Source: an uncultured archaeon
GTDB lineage: Archaea > Iainarchaeota > Iainarchaeia > Iainarchaeales > 1-14-0-10-31-34
Direction: 5' to 3'
Assembly: GCA_964608675.1 (NCBI GenBank)
Contig: CAZSOZ010000007.1
Location: 1-41,964 of the forward strand
Length of the DNA: 41,964 bases
The notes below the pieces were generated by a model that had not been told where the DNA came from, made no database searches, and worked only from the letters and a program-made list of their open reading frames with translations. Of the stretch, positions 8,819 through 21,550 are shown piece by piece (positions within the stretch are counted from its first letter, which is position 1; each line of letters starts with the position of its first letter). Made by a program: the position numbers and the translations under genes.

Positions 8819-10261
8819 TCAGCCTTTTACTACTCCAATTGGAACCATTCTTGCAACTTTTCTTGCTATGCCTGAAATTTCCAATGACTTAATTACTTCG
8901 TCTACGTCTTTATAGGCTTCAGGCATTTCTTCTGATAAAGTTTTAATTGAACGGGCTTTTACAAACCTTCCTGCTGACTCCATTTCCTTTTGTACGTGTT
9001 CTCCTTTTTTTGTTTTGATTGCTTTGCTTCTGCTCATTATTCTTCCTGCTCCGTGCGCTACAGAACCAAAACTTTCAGTTAAACCTTTTTTTGTTCCGAC
9101 TATAATCCATGAAGCTGTTCCCATTGAACCAGGAATGATTGCTGGATGGCCAGAATCCCTGTATTTTGATGGATTTTCTTTTCTTTCTGCAGGAAAAGCT
9201 CTTGTTGCTCCTTTTCTGTGAACCAAAACTTTCTTTTTTTTTCCGTCAATTTCGTGTTCCTCAAATTTTGCAATATTGTGTGCTACATCATACACTAAAT
9301 CCATTTCCATTTCTTCTGCTGTCCTTTTCATGACTTTTTCAAAGCTTTTTCTTGTCCAGTGAGTTATTATCTGCCTGTTAGCAAAAGCATAATTCACTGC
9401 ACAAGCCATAGCTGAAAAATATTTTTTTCCTTCAGGGGAATTAATCGGAGTGCAGGCCAACTGCTTATCTGAAACTTTAATTTTGTATTTGTTCATTGCT
9501 TTTTCCATTTCATTCAGGTAATCTGATGCAATCTGGTGTCCAAAGCCTCTGCTTCCGCAGTGAATCATTACAGTTAAATTTCCTTTTTTTAACCCGAATT
9601 TTTCTGCAGTTTTTTCATCAAATATTTTTTCTATTTTTTGTATTTCCAGAAAATGGTTTCCTGAACCAAGAGAACCTAACTGGCTTAAGCCTCTTTGAAC
9701 GGCTTTTTCTGAAACAAATTCTTTTTTTGCTTCCTTCATTTTTCCGTTTTCTTCTGTTGTCTGCAAATCTTTTTTCCAGCCGAATCCGTTTTCTACTGCC
9801 CATTCGCTTCCTTTAATCATTACTTTTTCTAATTGTTTTTTGTCTGCTTTGAATTGCCCTTTTGAACCCAGTCCTGCAGGCACTTGATTGAATAATTCAT
9901 TTAATAATTCTTTTTCTTTTCCTTTAATGTTTTTTTCAGTTAAATTTGTTTTGATTAACCGTACTCCACAGTTAATATCAAATCCGATTCCTCCTGGACT
10001 TATAATTCCTTTATTTAAATCAAATCCTGCAACCCCTCCTATTGGAAAACCATATCCTGAATGACAGTCAGAAAGCGCAATTGAATTTTTTTGTATGCCT
10101 GGAAGTTCTGCAACATTAATTAATTGCTGTACTGCTGTTTCTTCTATTCCTTCAATTATTTTTTTTGTTCCAATTATTTTTGCAGGAACCAACATTCTTC
10201 CTTCTTTTGGAATTTCATAAATTCCTTTTTCTATCTGCTTCATTTTTTTCACTTTATACAT
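8819..10261 (-). CDS. rtcB: tRNA-splicing ligase RtcB (alternative start ATG 10243)
   Basis: DCHSGYGFPIGG, GFDINCGVR, GSGNHFLE, IHCGSRGFGHQ, DVAHN, HRKGATRA, PGSMG, HGAGR motifs. Confidence 0.97.
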   Translation of the reverse strand: MYKVKKMKQIEKGIYEIPKEGRMLVPAKIIGTKKIIEGIEETAVQQLINVAELPGIQKNSIALSDCHSGYGFPIGGVAGFDLNKGIISPGGIGFDINCGVRLIKTNLTEKNIKGKEKELLNELFNQVPAGLGSKGQFKADKKQLEKVMIKGSEWAVENGFGWKKDLQTTEENGKMKEAKKEFVSEKAVQRGLSQLGSLGSGNHFLEIQKIEKIFDEKTAEKFGLKKGNLTVMIHCGSRGFGHQIASDYLNEMEKAMNKYKIKVSDKQLACTPINSPEGKKYFSAMACAVNYAFANRQIITHWTRKSFEKVMKRTAEEMEMDLVYDVAHNIAKFEEHEIDGKKKKVLVHRKGATRAFPAERKENPSKYRDSGHPAIIPGSMGTASWIIVGTKKGLTESFGSVAHGAGRIMSRSKAIKTKKGEHVQKEMESAGRFVKARSIKTLSEEMPEAYKDVDEVIKSLEISGIARKVARMVPIGVVKG

Positions 10262-10676
10262 CCACTAAAACTTCTGCAGTCCATTTGTTTTTTTCTTTCA
10301 CTGCCTTAAAGCCGTGTTTTGTTATTGCTTTTATTTCTGTTTTAATTTGATGTTTTTTAAGGTCAATCTTCTCTCCAAAACATTTTGCCTTTAGGAAAAA
10401 CTTTTTTTCCTTTTGGTTTGTTTCTGTCTTAAATTCCCTGAATATAATTTCCTGTGAATCAATCAAATACAAGACTTCTTTTAAGAATTCAAATAATGCT
10501 TCTTCAAATGATTCTGCTTTTATTTTTATTATTTCTTCGCCTGTTTTTTTCACTTTTTTTAAGTCAATTACTGCATTGCATAATGCTTTTCCTGAATTTT
10601 CAATTAATTCTTCTTTTGTTTTTCCGTAAGCCCTGAATTTCACGTCTGCTATGTGCTCTAAATATTCATATTGCAT
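10254..10676 (-). CDS. Archease (RtcB activator)
   Basis: YEYLEHIADV N-terminus, EIKAITKH, C-terminal VLVDV; directly upstream of rtcB. Confidence 0.94.
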   Translation of the reverse strand: MQYEYLEHIADVKFRAYGKTKEELIENSGKALCNAVIDLKKVKKTGEEIIKIKAESFEEALFEFLKEVLYLIDSQEIIFREFKTETNQKEKKFFLKAKCFGEKIDLKKHQIKTEIKAITKHGFKAVKEKNKWTAEVLVDV

Positions 10677-10697
10677 TACAAAATATACTCTGAAAAC

Positions 10698-10705
10698 ATT
10701 TAAAT
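10698..10705. promoter_or_regulatory. Palindromic TATA box (ATTTAAAT) possibly shared by two divergent leaderless genes
   Basis: Sits 22 nt from the archease ATG (10676, minus) and 24 nt from ATG 10729 (plus); GAAAAC BRE-like element on the plus side. Confidence 0.55.
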
Positions 10706-10728
10706 AATACTTAATTCATTATCAAACT

Positions 10729-11041
10729 ATGAAGATAAATTTTAGTTCATTATTTGAAAGCTACCCTAAAAAAGGATTGTTGTTAGGAATTATTATTGCT
10801 ATTTTTTCGGTTTTCACTTTTTTTTGAAGTTTTATTAGGGGCACAAATTCCAAATTTAGCATTGCCTTTTATGCTTCTTGCATTCCCTGTTTTTTTGTTT
10901 GTATCAATTTTTCCTTTGAGTTTTAATCAATTGGATTTGAATTTGCAAGTCTTGTTTGTTGGCTTGATTTACATTATCTATTTTGCTTTACTTGGCTATA
11001 TATTAGGTTTTGTTGTTGAAAAACTGAAAAATAAAAAATAG
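10729..11041 (+). pseudogene. Small multi-TM membrane protein gene (about 103 aa) with a 1-nt frameshift in a poly-T run
   Basis: The ATG 10729 frame (MKINFSSLFESYPKKGLLLGIIIAIFSVFTFF) stops at TGA 10825-10827 after T8; deleting one T joins it to the 10796-11041 frame (EVLLGAQIPNL...YFALLGYILGFVVEKLKNKK). Confidence 0.65.
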
Positions 11042-11075
11042 TGTTTTTCGGTTTCTTTTCTTTGGGCAACTTGAA

Positions 11076-11102
11076 CTTTCTTTTCTTGTGAAGAAAAGAA
11101 AG
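11076..11102. terminator. Perfect 12-bp hairpin between convergent genes
   Basis: CTTTCTTTTCTT-GTG-AAGAAAAGAAAG, 5 nt past the rps10 stop. Confidence 0.5.
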
Positions 11103-11107
11103 GGCAG

Positions 11108-11416
11108 TTAGCCTTTTAATTCGATTTCAACGTGAACGTTTTCTGGAATTTCAACTCTCATTATTCTTCTTAGAGTTCGTTCGTCGGCTTCGATGTCAAT
11201 TAGTCTTTTGTGGATTCGCATTTCCCATTTATCAACCGAACTTGTTCCCCCGCCAGGCATTCCTTTTCGTGTAGGAACAGTCATTTTTTTTGTAGGCAAA
11301 GGAACGCTTCCGGAATGTTTTACGCCTGTTCTTTTGGCTACTTCTCTTATTTTTTCGCAGATTTCTTCAAGTAATTTGTAGTCCGGGCTTGATAATTTTA
11401 TTCTTGCTTTCTGCAT
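11108..11416 (-). CDS. rps10: 30S ribosomal protein uS10
   Basis: MQKARIKL, GSVPLPTK, WEMRIHKRLIDI motifs; alternative start at 11425. Confidence 0.97.
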   Translation of the reverse strand: MQKARIKLSSPDYKLLEEICEKIREVAKRTGVKHSGSVPLPTKKMTVPTRKGMPGGGTSSVDKWEMRIHKRLIDIEADERTLRRIMRVEIPENVHVEIELKG

Positions 11417-11451
11417 TTTAATCATCTTTCTTCTGCTAAAAAAAAATAAAA

Positions 11452-11483
11452 TTATTTTTTCAAAAAAAACTTTGAAAAAATAA
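11452..11483. repeat. 13-bp inverted repeat between tuf and rps10
   Basis: TTATTTTTTCAAA-AAAAAC-TTTGAAAAAATAA. Confidence 0.6.
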
Positions 11484-11509
11484 AATGAATAAAAGCGATT
11501 AAACCGCTT

Positions 11510-12775
11510 TTATTTTGGAGTGATAGTTACTATCATTCCTGCTGCAACAGTTTGTCCCATGTCCCTTATTGCAAATCTTCCCAGTTGCGGGAATTTTTTG
11601 TATTCTTCTGCTGATAAAGGTTTGGTTGGAACAACTTTGATTATTGCTGCGTCTCCTGTTTTCAAGAACTTTGGATTTTCTTCTTTTACTCCGCCTGTTT
11701 TTGGGTCAAGTTTTTTTTGGATTTCTGTTACTGTCATTGACATTTGTGCGGTATGTAAATGGAATACCGGAGTATAGTTTATTGGAATTGCTGTTGGATG
11801 ATTTAATACAACAATTTGTGCAATGAATTCTTTTATGACTGTCGGGGGATCTGAAGAATGTCCTACAACGTCTCCTCTTGCCACGTCTGCTTTTGATATT
11901 CCTCTTACATTGAATCCAACATTGTCTCCTGGACCTGCCTGAGGCAGTTGTTCGTGGTGTGCTTCCACTGTTTTTACTTCCCCTGTTTTTCCTGATGGCT
12001 GGAATATTACTTTATCTCCTGGTTTTAGTATTCCTGTTTCAACTCTTCCTACAGGAACTGTTCCTACTCCTTTAATGTTATAAACGTCTTGAATTGGAAG
12101 CCTTAATGCTTTGTCTGTAGGGGGTTTTGGAGCAATCATATTATCTAATGTCTGAACTAAGGTATCTCCTTTATACCATGCTATGTTTTCTGATTTTTTT
12201 GCTACATTGTCTCCTACCCATGCACTTACAGGAATAAATTTAACGTTTTCTATTTTGTATCCTATTCCTTTAAGCAGTTTGGTCATTTCTTCTTCTACTT
12301 TTTTAAATGAAGCTTCTTCATATTTCACTTCATCCATTTTATTTATTGCTACAACAATTTGTTTTAATCCCATCACTTGTGCCAAGAAAGCATGTTCTTT
12401 TGTTTGAGGCTGTACTCCGTCTTTGCAGCTTACAACTAATACTGCTGCATCAGCCTGTGATGTTCCAGTAATCATGTTTTTTACAAAGTCTTTGTGTCCT
12501 GGTGCATCAATTATTGTGAACCTGTTTTTTTGCCCGTCAAATTTTTTGTATGCAACATCTATTGTGACTCCTCTTTCTCTTTCTTCTTTGAGGTTGTCCA
12601 TTACATAAGCAAAAGCAAAGGTTCCTTTTCCTCTTTCTTCTGCTTCCTGCTGCAGTTTTCTGTAATCTTGTTCACTTAATGAACCAGTGTCATACATTAG
12701 TCTTCCTACTAATGTTGATTTTCCATGGTCAACATGGCCAATGAAAACCAAGTTTACGTGTGGCTTTTCTGCCAT
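11510..12775 (-). CDS. tuf: Elongation factor 1-alpha (aEF1A)
   Basis: [42 protein letters not shown]; strong GGAGGTG Shine-Dalgarno site. Confidence 0.99.
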   Translation of the reverse strand: MAEKPHVNLVFIGHVDHGKSTLVGRLMYDTGSLSEQDYRKLQQEAEERGKGTFAFAYVMDNLKEERERGVTIDVAYKKFDGQKNRFTIIDAPGHKDFVKNMITGTSQADAAVLVVSCKDGVQPQTKEHAFLAQVMGLKQIVVAINKMDEVKYEEASFKKVEEEMTKLLKGIGYKIENVKFIPVSAWVGDNVAKKSENIAWYKGDTLVQTLDNMIAPKPPTDKALRLPIQDVYNIKGVGTVPVGRVETGILKPGDKVIFQPSGKTGEVKTVEAHHEQLPQAGPGDNVGFNVRGISKADVARGDVVGHSSDPPTVIKEFIAQIVVLNHPTAIPINYTPVFHLHTAQMSMTVTEIQKKLDPKTGGVKEENPKFLKTGDAAIIKVVPTKPLSAEEYKKFPQLGRFAIRDMGQTVAAGMIVTITPK

Positions 12776-12894
12776 TTAATACACCTCCAAACTAAACATC
12801 CACTCTAATAAATGAACATAAAAATTTTGTCAAAAAACACTTTTAAAGCTAGAAAACAGTGCTTTTATCAATTATAATCTTTTAAAACAAAACC

Positions 12895-12902
12895 TATTTA
12901 AA
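12895..12902 (-). promoter_or_regulatory. Putative TATA box of a tuf-specific promoter
   Basis: TTTAAATA on the minus strand about 120 nt upstream of the tuf ATG. Confidence 0.5.
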
Positions 12903-12979
12903 TGCTTTTATAAACCTTTTTTGTTTAACTTTTTAATTTTTGCAATAAGTTTAAATTCAAGTTTTAACATATTTTTTGC

Positions 12980-13657
12980 ATGCGTAGACCAAGAAATAGA
13001 TTTCGTGATATACCAAGAGAAGGCAGAAAAAGGCTTACTTTTAAATCCAAAAAAACATCTGGAACAAAAAAGCCTGCAAAAAAGTTTCCTTTTTTTCCTA
13101 AATCAGTACTTGAAGCAAAAATAAAGAAATCTCCAAATAACTCTGAATTATATTTGCTTCATTCTAAAGGAAATATTTCTACTTTTGCAATTACTTTGGG
13201 CGAAAAAATAATTAGCCAAGGAAGTTTGCTAAAAATTGCATCTGAAGTTTTAAGAAATAAAGCTCTTGCAAGGGAAAAAGTAGCAGAAATTTCAGGGTAT
13301 ACTTTGAATGATTTGCTTTCAATAGGAGATGTGCCTAAAGTGGGTTCTCAGGCAACAGGAAAAATTTCTGTTATAGAAAAATCAAACAAAAAAAATATTT
13401 CTCTGCAGGCAATCGCTTTTCCAAGCAAAATAAAAATTTCTGAAAGAACTAGACTTGATTTGAAAAGAACTTTTTTTAGAAGACTTGTTTCAATGCTTGA
13501 ACAAAAAAGCCAGTTTAAAGGAAAAAGCAGTCTTCAAGTTAAAATCAAAAAAAATGAAATCAGGTTAAGAACTTTTCTTGAACAAAAACTTGGTTTTAAA
13601 GAATTAACTAAAACAGAATTTGCTGACAGTTTTTTTGTAATGCATAAAAAAATTTAA
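12980..13657 (+). CDS. Hypothetical highly basic protein with a degenerate GNAT-like C-terminus
   Basis: 225-aa ORF fills the fusA-tuf gap; TTTAAAT about 25 nt upstream; C-terminal LQVKIKKNEIRLRTFLEQKLGFK resembles GNAT motif B (L-x-V...N...FY.K.GF). Confidence 0.75.
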   Translation: MRRPRNRFRDIPREGRKRLTFKSKKTSGTKKPAKKFPFFPKSVLEAKIKKSPNNSELYLLHSKGNISTFAITLGEKIISQGSLLKIASEVLRNKALAREKVAEISGYTLNDLLSIGDVPKVGSQATGKISVIEKSNKKNISLQAIAFPSKIKISERTRLDLKRTFFRRLVSMLEQKSQFKGKSSLQVKIKKNEIRLRTFLEQKLGFKELTKTEFADSFFVMHKKI

Positions 13658-15849
13658 TCAAAAAAGTATTCTGCTTTTTTTGGTTCTGGGTCCATTCCTT
13701 TTCTTTTTCTGATGTCTACTATTGTTTTGTGCTGTAATTCTCTTGGAAGCAGTTCATAGCCTGCGTATTCTGCTGTCCAGATTGCTCTTCCTTGTGTTGC
13801 TCCTCTTATTGCTGCACTAAATCCTATTAGTTCTTTTACTGGAGCTTTTCCTATAATGATTGTCTGGTCTCCTTCTGTTTTCATGTCATTTATTTGTGTT
13901 CTTCTTGCTCCAAGTTCTTTGCTTGCTGCTCCCATGAAGTCTTGAGGGACAGTAATAAACAGTGTTTGTTTTGGCTCCAATAAAATTGGGTCTGCTTGAA
14001 GCATGCATGCATAAATTCCTCTGGTTATTGCAGGAAGAACTTGTGCTGGCCCTCGATGTATTGCGTCTTCATGCAGTTTTGCGTCCTCAATTATTATTTT
14101 TACTCCTTGGCATTTTTCTTTTGCTAATGGGCCTTCATTTGTTGCGTCATTGAATGCCTGTATAATTAATTCTTTTACTTCAAATAATGCTTCAATTCCT
14201 TTTGTTGCATTTACTATATAGCAGTTGTTGTTTACTGCCCAGATTCTTTTTGCTTCATCTCGGTCTATTCCTATATCTATAAATTTTTCTATTATTTCTT
14301 TGTCTTTGTTTCTTATTTTTCCGCTTATTTTTGTTTCAATTAATTTTTCAAGAATTTCATCAGAAATTTTTTCCACATGCATATAAAATTTGTTGTGTTT
14401 GTTTGGGGTTTTTGCTTCATGTTTTGGCGGAGACTCTTTTGTTATTGTTTCTCTGTAAACAACTATTGGAGGGCTTACTGTTATAGGCACTTTGTGGTCG
14501 TGTTCAATTCTGTGTTGTGTTACTTCTAAGTGAAGTTCTCCCATTCCTGAAAGTAAATGTTCTCCTGTGTCTTGGTTTACTACTGCTTTAATATTTGGGT
14601 CTTCTTTTGTTATTTGTCTTATTACTTCAATTAATTTAGGCAGGTTTTTGGCTTCTTTTGCTTCAACTGAAACAGTCATTACTGGTTCAGCGTTTGACAT
14701 AAATGATTCAAATTCTTTCATGTCAACTGTTGAAATTGTTTCGCCTGCAAAAACTTCTTTTAATCCCACTAAGGCAGCAATGTTTCCTGCAGGAACTTCG
14801 CTTACTTGGACTCTGTCTGGACCCATATATAATCCTACTTGCTGTACTCCTATGTCTTTTTTTGAGCCAATTAATTTTATTTGAGTTCCTTTTTTTACTT
14901 TTCCTGAATAAATTCTTCCTGTGGCAACGTCTCCTGCATGAGGGTCTACGGTTACATCTATTATCATCATTGCTAGAGGACCGTTTGGATCGCATTCAAT
15001 CATTGATTTTCCTTCTTTGGTTTCGTTTTCTCCTATCCAGATTTTTGGAATCCTGTATTTTTGTGCAATTAATGGATTCGGCAAATGCTGGATTATTAAT
15101 TCAACTATTGCGCCGTATAAAGGGCTTCTTTTTGCAAGAGTTTTTTGGTCTTCGTTTTTGCAGTAATCATAAACGTCTTTGAATGTTATTCCTGTTGTTT
15201 TCATGTGCATGGAAGATATTGCCCAATTATAGTAAGCTGAACCAAATACAACAGAGCCATTTTCTACTTTTACCTGCCATTTTTCTTTGAATTGTTTTGG
15301 TGCATTTTTTTCAATTAATCTGTTTACTTGAACAATGGTTTTTACAAATCTTTCCTGCATTTGTTCTGCAGTTAATTGTAATTCATTTACAAGTCTGTCA
15401 ACTTTGTTGATAAATAATACAGGTTTTACGTTTTCTTTTAATGCCTGCCTTATAACTGTTTCTGTTTGAGGCATTACTCCTTCAACTGAATCAACTACTA
15501 ATATTACTCCGTCTACTGCTCTCATTGCTCTGATTACTTCTCCTCCAAAATCAATGTGCCCTGGAGTATCAATTATGTTAATTAAATAGTCTTTGTCTTT
15601 GTATTTTTGCACTATTGAAACATTTGCTGCATTGATTGTTATTCCTCTTTGTTGTTCTAATTCATAGTAGTCCATGAACTGCTGTTTTCCTGCGAGTTCT
15701 TCTGAAATTAATCCTGAAGCAGCAATTAAGTTGTCTGTCATTGTTGTTTTTCCGTGGTCAATATGAGCCACTACTCCTATGTTTCTGATGTTTTCTCTGT
15801 TGTTCATGAATTTTTCTGCGTGTCTTGCTACTTCTTCTCTTTTGCTCAT
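13654..15849 (-). CDS. fusA: Elongation factor 2 (aEF2)
   Basis: AHIDHGKTT, RGITI, DTPGH, NKVD, GMGELHLE; diphthamide loop HEDAIHRGPAQ intact. Confidence 0.99.
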   Translation of the reverse strand: MSKREEVARHAEKFMNNRENIRNIGVVAHIDHGKTTMTDNLIAASGLISEELAGKQQFMDYYELEQQRGITINAANVSIVQKYKDKDYLINIIDTPGHIDFGGEVIRAMRAVDGVILVVDSVEGVMPQTETVIRQALKENVKPVLFINKVDRLVNELQLTAEQMQERFVKTIVQVNRLIEKNAPKQFKEKWQVKVENGSVVFGSAYYNWAISSMHMKTTGITFKDVYDYCKNEDQKTLAKRSPLYGAIVELIIQHLPNPLIAQKYRIPKIWIGENETKEGKSMIECDPNGPLAMMIIDVTVDPHAGDVATGRIYSGKVKKGTQIKLIGSKKDIGVQQVGLYMGPDRVQVSEVPAGNIAALVGLKEVFAGETISTVDMKEFESFMSNAEPVMTVSVEAKEAKNLPKLIEVIRQITKEDPNIKAVVNQDTGEHLLSGMGELHLEVTQHRIEHDHKVPITVSPPIVVYRETITKESPPKHEAKTPNKHNKFYMHVEKISDEILEKLIETKISGKIRNKDKEIIEKFIDIGIDRDEAKRIWAVNNNCYIVNATKGIEALFEVKELIIQAFNDATNEGPLAKEKCQGVKIIIEDAKLHEDAIHRGPAQVLPAITRGIYACMLQADPILLEPKQTLFITVPQDFMGAASKELGARRTQINDMKTEGDQTIIIGKAPVKELIGFSAAIRGATQGRAIWTAEYAGYELLPRELQHKTIVDIRKRKGMDPEPKKAEYFFD

Positions 15850-15875
15850 TTTTTATTCCTCTAAATAGATTTTTT

Positions 15876-16484
15876 TTATCTTGAACTTACTGCAATTCTT
15901 TCTACTTCATCTTTTCTTTTAACTGAAAAAGAATTTGAGTCGTTTTTTGAAGCCAGAATTAATTCTTTTGCAAGCATTTGTGACGCATCAACTTTTTTGT
16001 TGAATGAAGATGAAAATGCAGCTAACGCAATGTTTTTCAGGGATTCATCAATTCTTTTTAGTGGAGCTACATCCACTGACAAAGTGTATGCTATTCCTCC
16101 TTTTTTTATTCTTGTAATGTCTTCTCTTGGAGCAGCATTTTCTATTGCTTTAACTAATACTTGAAGAGGGTTTTGTTTTGTTTCATTTTCTATTATTGAA
16201 AATGCGTCTTCTACTATTCTCATTGCCTGTAGTTTTTTTCCGCAGCTTCCTCTTCCTCTTATGTATTTTCCTGAAAGTTTTCTTTTTCCTTGTCCTGATC
16301 TCATCAGCTTGTTTATAAGCCTTTCAATTATGTTAAGTTTTCCTTTTGAAAACCTTTTTCTCGTGTTTTTTCCGAATGTATGTGGAATGGTTTTGTCTTC
16401 AAATGCAATGTATTTTGCCAGACCTAAGTCTTCTATTTTTACATTTTCTGAATTCCATTTACCAAAAAGCAGTGTTTCATTCAT
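15876..16484 (-). CDS. rps7: 30S ribosomal protein uS7
   Basis: LFGKW, IIERLINKLM, NPLQVLVKAIENAAPRED, VDVAP, KDEVERIA motifs. Confidence 0.97.
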   Translation of the reverse strand: MNETLLFGKWNSENVKIEDLGLAKYIAFEDKTIPHTFGKNTRKRFSKGKLNIIERLINKLMRSGQGKRKLSGKYIRGRGSCGKKLQAMRIVEDAFSIIENETKQNPLQVLVKAIENAAPREDITRIKKGGIAYTLSVDVAPLKRIDESLKNIALAAFSSSFNKKVDASQMLAKELILASKNDSNSFSVKRKDEVERIAVSSR

Positions 16485-16489
16485 TTAAA

Positions 16490-16921
16490 TTACCTTTTTA
16501 CTTTTTCTTTTTTTCCTCTTCTGAGCATTTCTAATGACTGGTTGTTTACTTTTATTACTTTGAATTTTACTCCCCATAAATCTCCTTTTGCTCCTTTTTT
16601 TCTTCCGCCTCCGCCTTCTATTAAGACTTCGTCGTGTTCATCAATAAATTTAATTGCTCCGTCATATGGTGCTAATGCAGTTAATTGTTTTCCATTTTTT
16701 ATTAATTGTACTCTTACACATTTTCTTATTCCTGAGTTCGGTTGTCTTGCTGTCACTCCCCTTTTTTCCAGTACAATTCCTTTTGCTTGAGGGCTTCCTT
16801 CAAGTATGTCTTTTAATTTTTTCTTTTTTCTTCTGCTTCTGATTTTTTCTTTTGGATTCTTTTTTTTCCATTTTTTTCTGTTTTTTTCCTGGCTTCTTGC
16901 ACTAAATTCTCCTCTTGCCAT
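16490..16921 (-). CDS. rps12: 30S ribosomal protein uS12
   Basis: [38 protein letters not shown]; alternative start at 16927. Confidence 0.97.
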   Translation of the reverse strand: MARGEFSARSQEKNRKKWKKKNPKEKIRSRRKKKKLKDILEGSPQAKGIVLEKRGVTARQPNSGIRKCVRVQLIKNGKQLTALAPYDGAIKFIDEHDEVLIEGGGGRKKGAKGDLWGVKFKVIKVNNQSLEMLRRGKKEKVKR

Positions 16922-16952
16922 ATTCAATCACTTTTTTTAATTTATGTCCTTT

Positions 16953-17366
16953 TCATTTTATTTTTATGTCTTTTATTTCATAATTTCTTTTCATTAATTC
17001 TTTTATTTTTTTCAGTTTGTTTGTGTTTGTCATTATTTTTCTTTTGTTTTCTGAATCAAGATTCAAAACAAAAGTTTTTTTTTCGCCTTCTTTTTTTTCT
17101 GTTATTTCATTTATTTTTATTTCTTTTAAAGAATTTTTAATGAAATTTTCAGGTTTTTCTGTGAACCCGTAGATTTCAATGTTTTTCTTTAATTTTTGCT
17201 TTAATTTTTTTATTTTTTCTCCTTTTTTTCCTATTGCGTTTCCTACATCTTTTGAGTTAACTACAAACAAAATATTTTTTGGGGTTATTATACAGTCTCT
17301 TGCGGTTACTCCTGAAAAGTTTTGCAATGCATTTATGAGCAGAATTTCTTGGTTGGATATCTTCAT
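16953..17366 (-). CDS. nusA: Archaeal NusA (KH-domain transcription factor)
   Basis: SGVTARDCII, AIGKKGEKIKKL KH motif; canonical position between eL30 and uS12. Confidence 0.9.
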   Translation of the reverse strand: MKISNQEILLINALQNFSGVTARDCIITPKNILFVVNSKDVGNAIGKKGEKIKKLKQKLKKNIEIYGFTEKPENFIKNSLKEIKINEITEKKEGEKKTFVLNLDSENKRKIMTNTNKLKKIKELMKRNYEIKDIKIK

Positions 17367-17722
17367 TTCTTTTTCACTGTTTTTTTTGGTTTTCTTTTTT
17401 TGACTGTTTTCTTTTTTGTTTTCTTTTGGTCTTTTATTTCAAGTATTTTTGATTTTCCTTTGTTTAATACTGTCATCACTGAAACAGGGAACGGTTTTCC
17501 GCACACAGAACCCAGTTCAAGGGATGTTCCGGGAAATTCGTAAAATGGAATTTCACTTAATTTTGCATAATTCTCCAATCTTTCTTTTAAAAGTTTTTTT
17601 GTGTTGGAGCTTATAATAATTAATTCTCCGTTTCCCTTTAAAATGTTTTTCTCGGTTTGTTTTTCTCCAAAATTCACTTTTCCGGTGTCCACTGCTCTTC
17701 TGATTTCAATGTTTATATCCAT
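17363..17722 (-). CDS. rpl30e: 50S ribosomal protein eL30 with a Lys-rich C-terminal tail
   Basis: AVDTGKVNFG, YAKLSEIP, GTSLELGSVCGKPF, GKSKIL motifs. Confidence 0.96.
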   Translation of the reverse strand: MDINIEIRRAVDTGKVNFGEKQTEKNILKGNGELIIISSNTKKLLKERLENYAKLSEIPFYEFPGTSLELGSVCGKPFPVSVMTVLNKGKSKILEIKDQKKTKKKTVKKRKPKKTVKKK

Positions 17723-17727
17723 TTTAT

Positions 17728-21544
<3,817 letters not shown>

Positions 21545-21550
21545 TTTCTT

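Noticed and set aside
11042-11107. Possible tRNA downstream of rps10
   Set aside because: AT-rich with a single hairpin; no cloverleaf or T-loop consensus.
14040-14085. Diphthamide-less EF2 variant
   Set aside because: The HEDAIHRG target His is intact.
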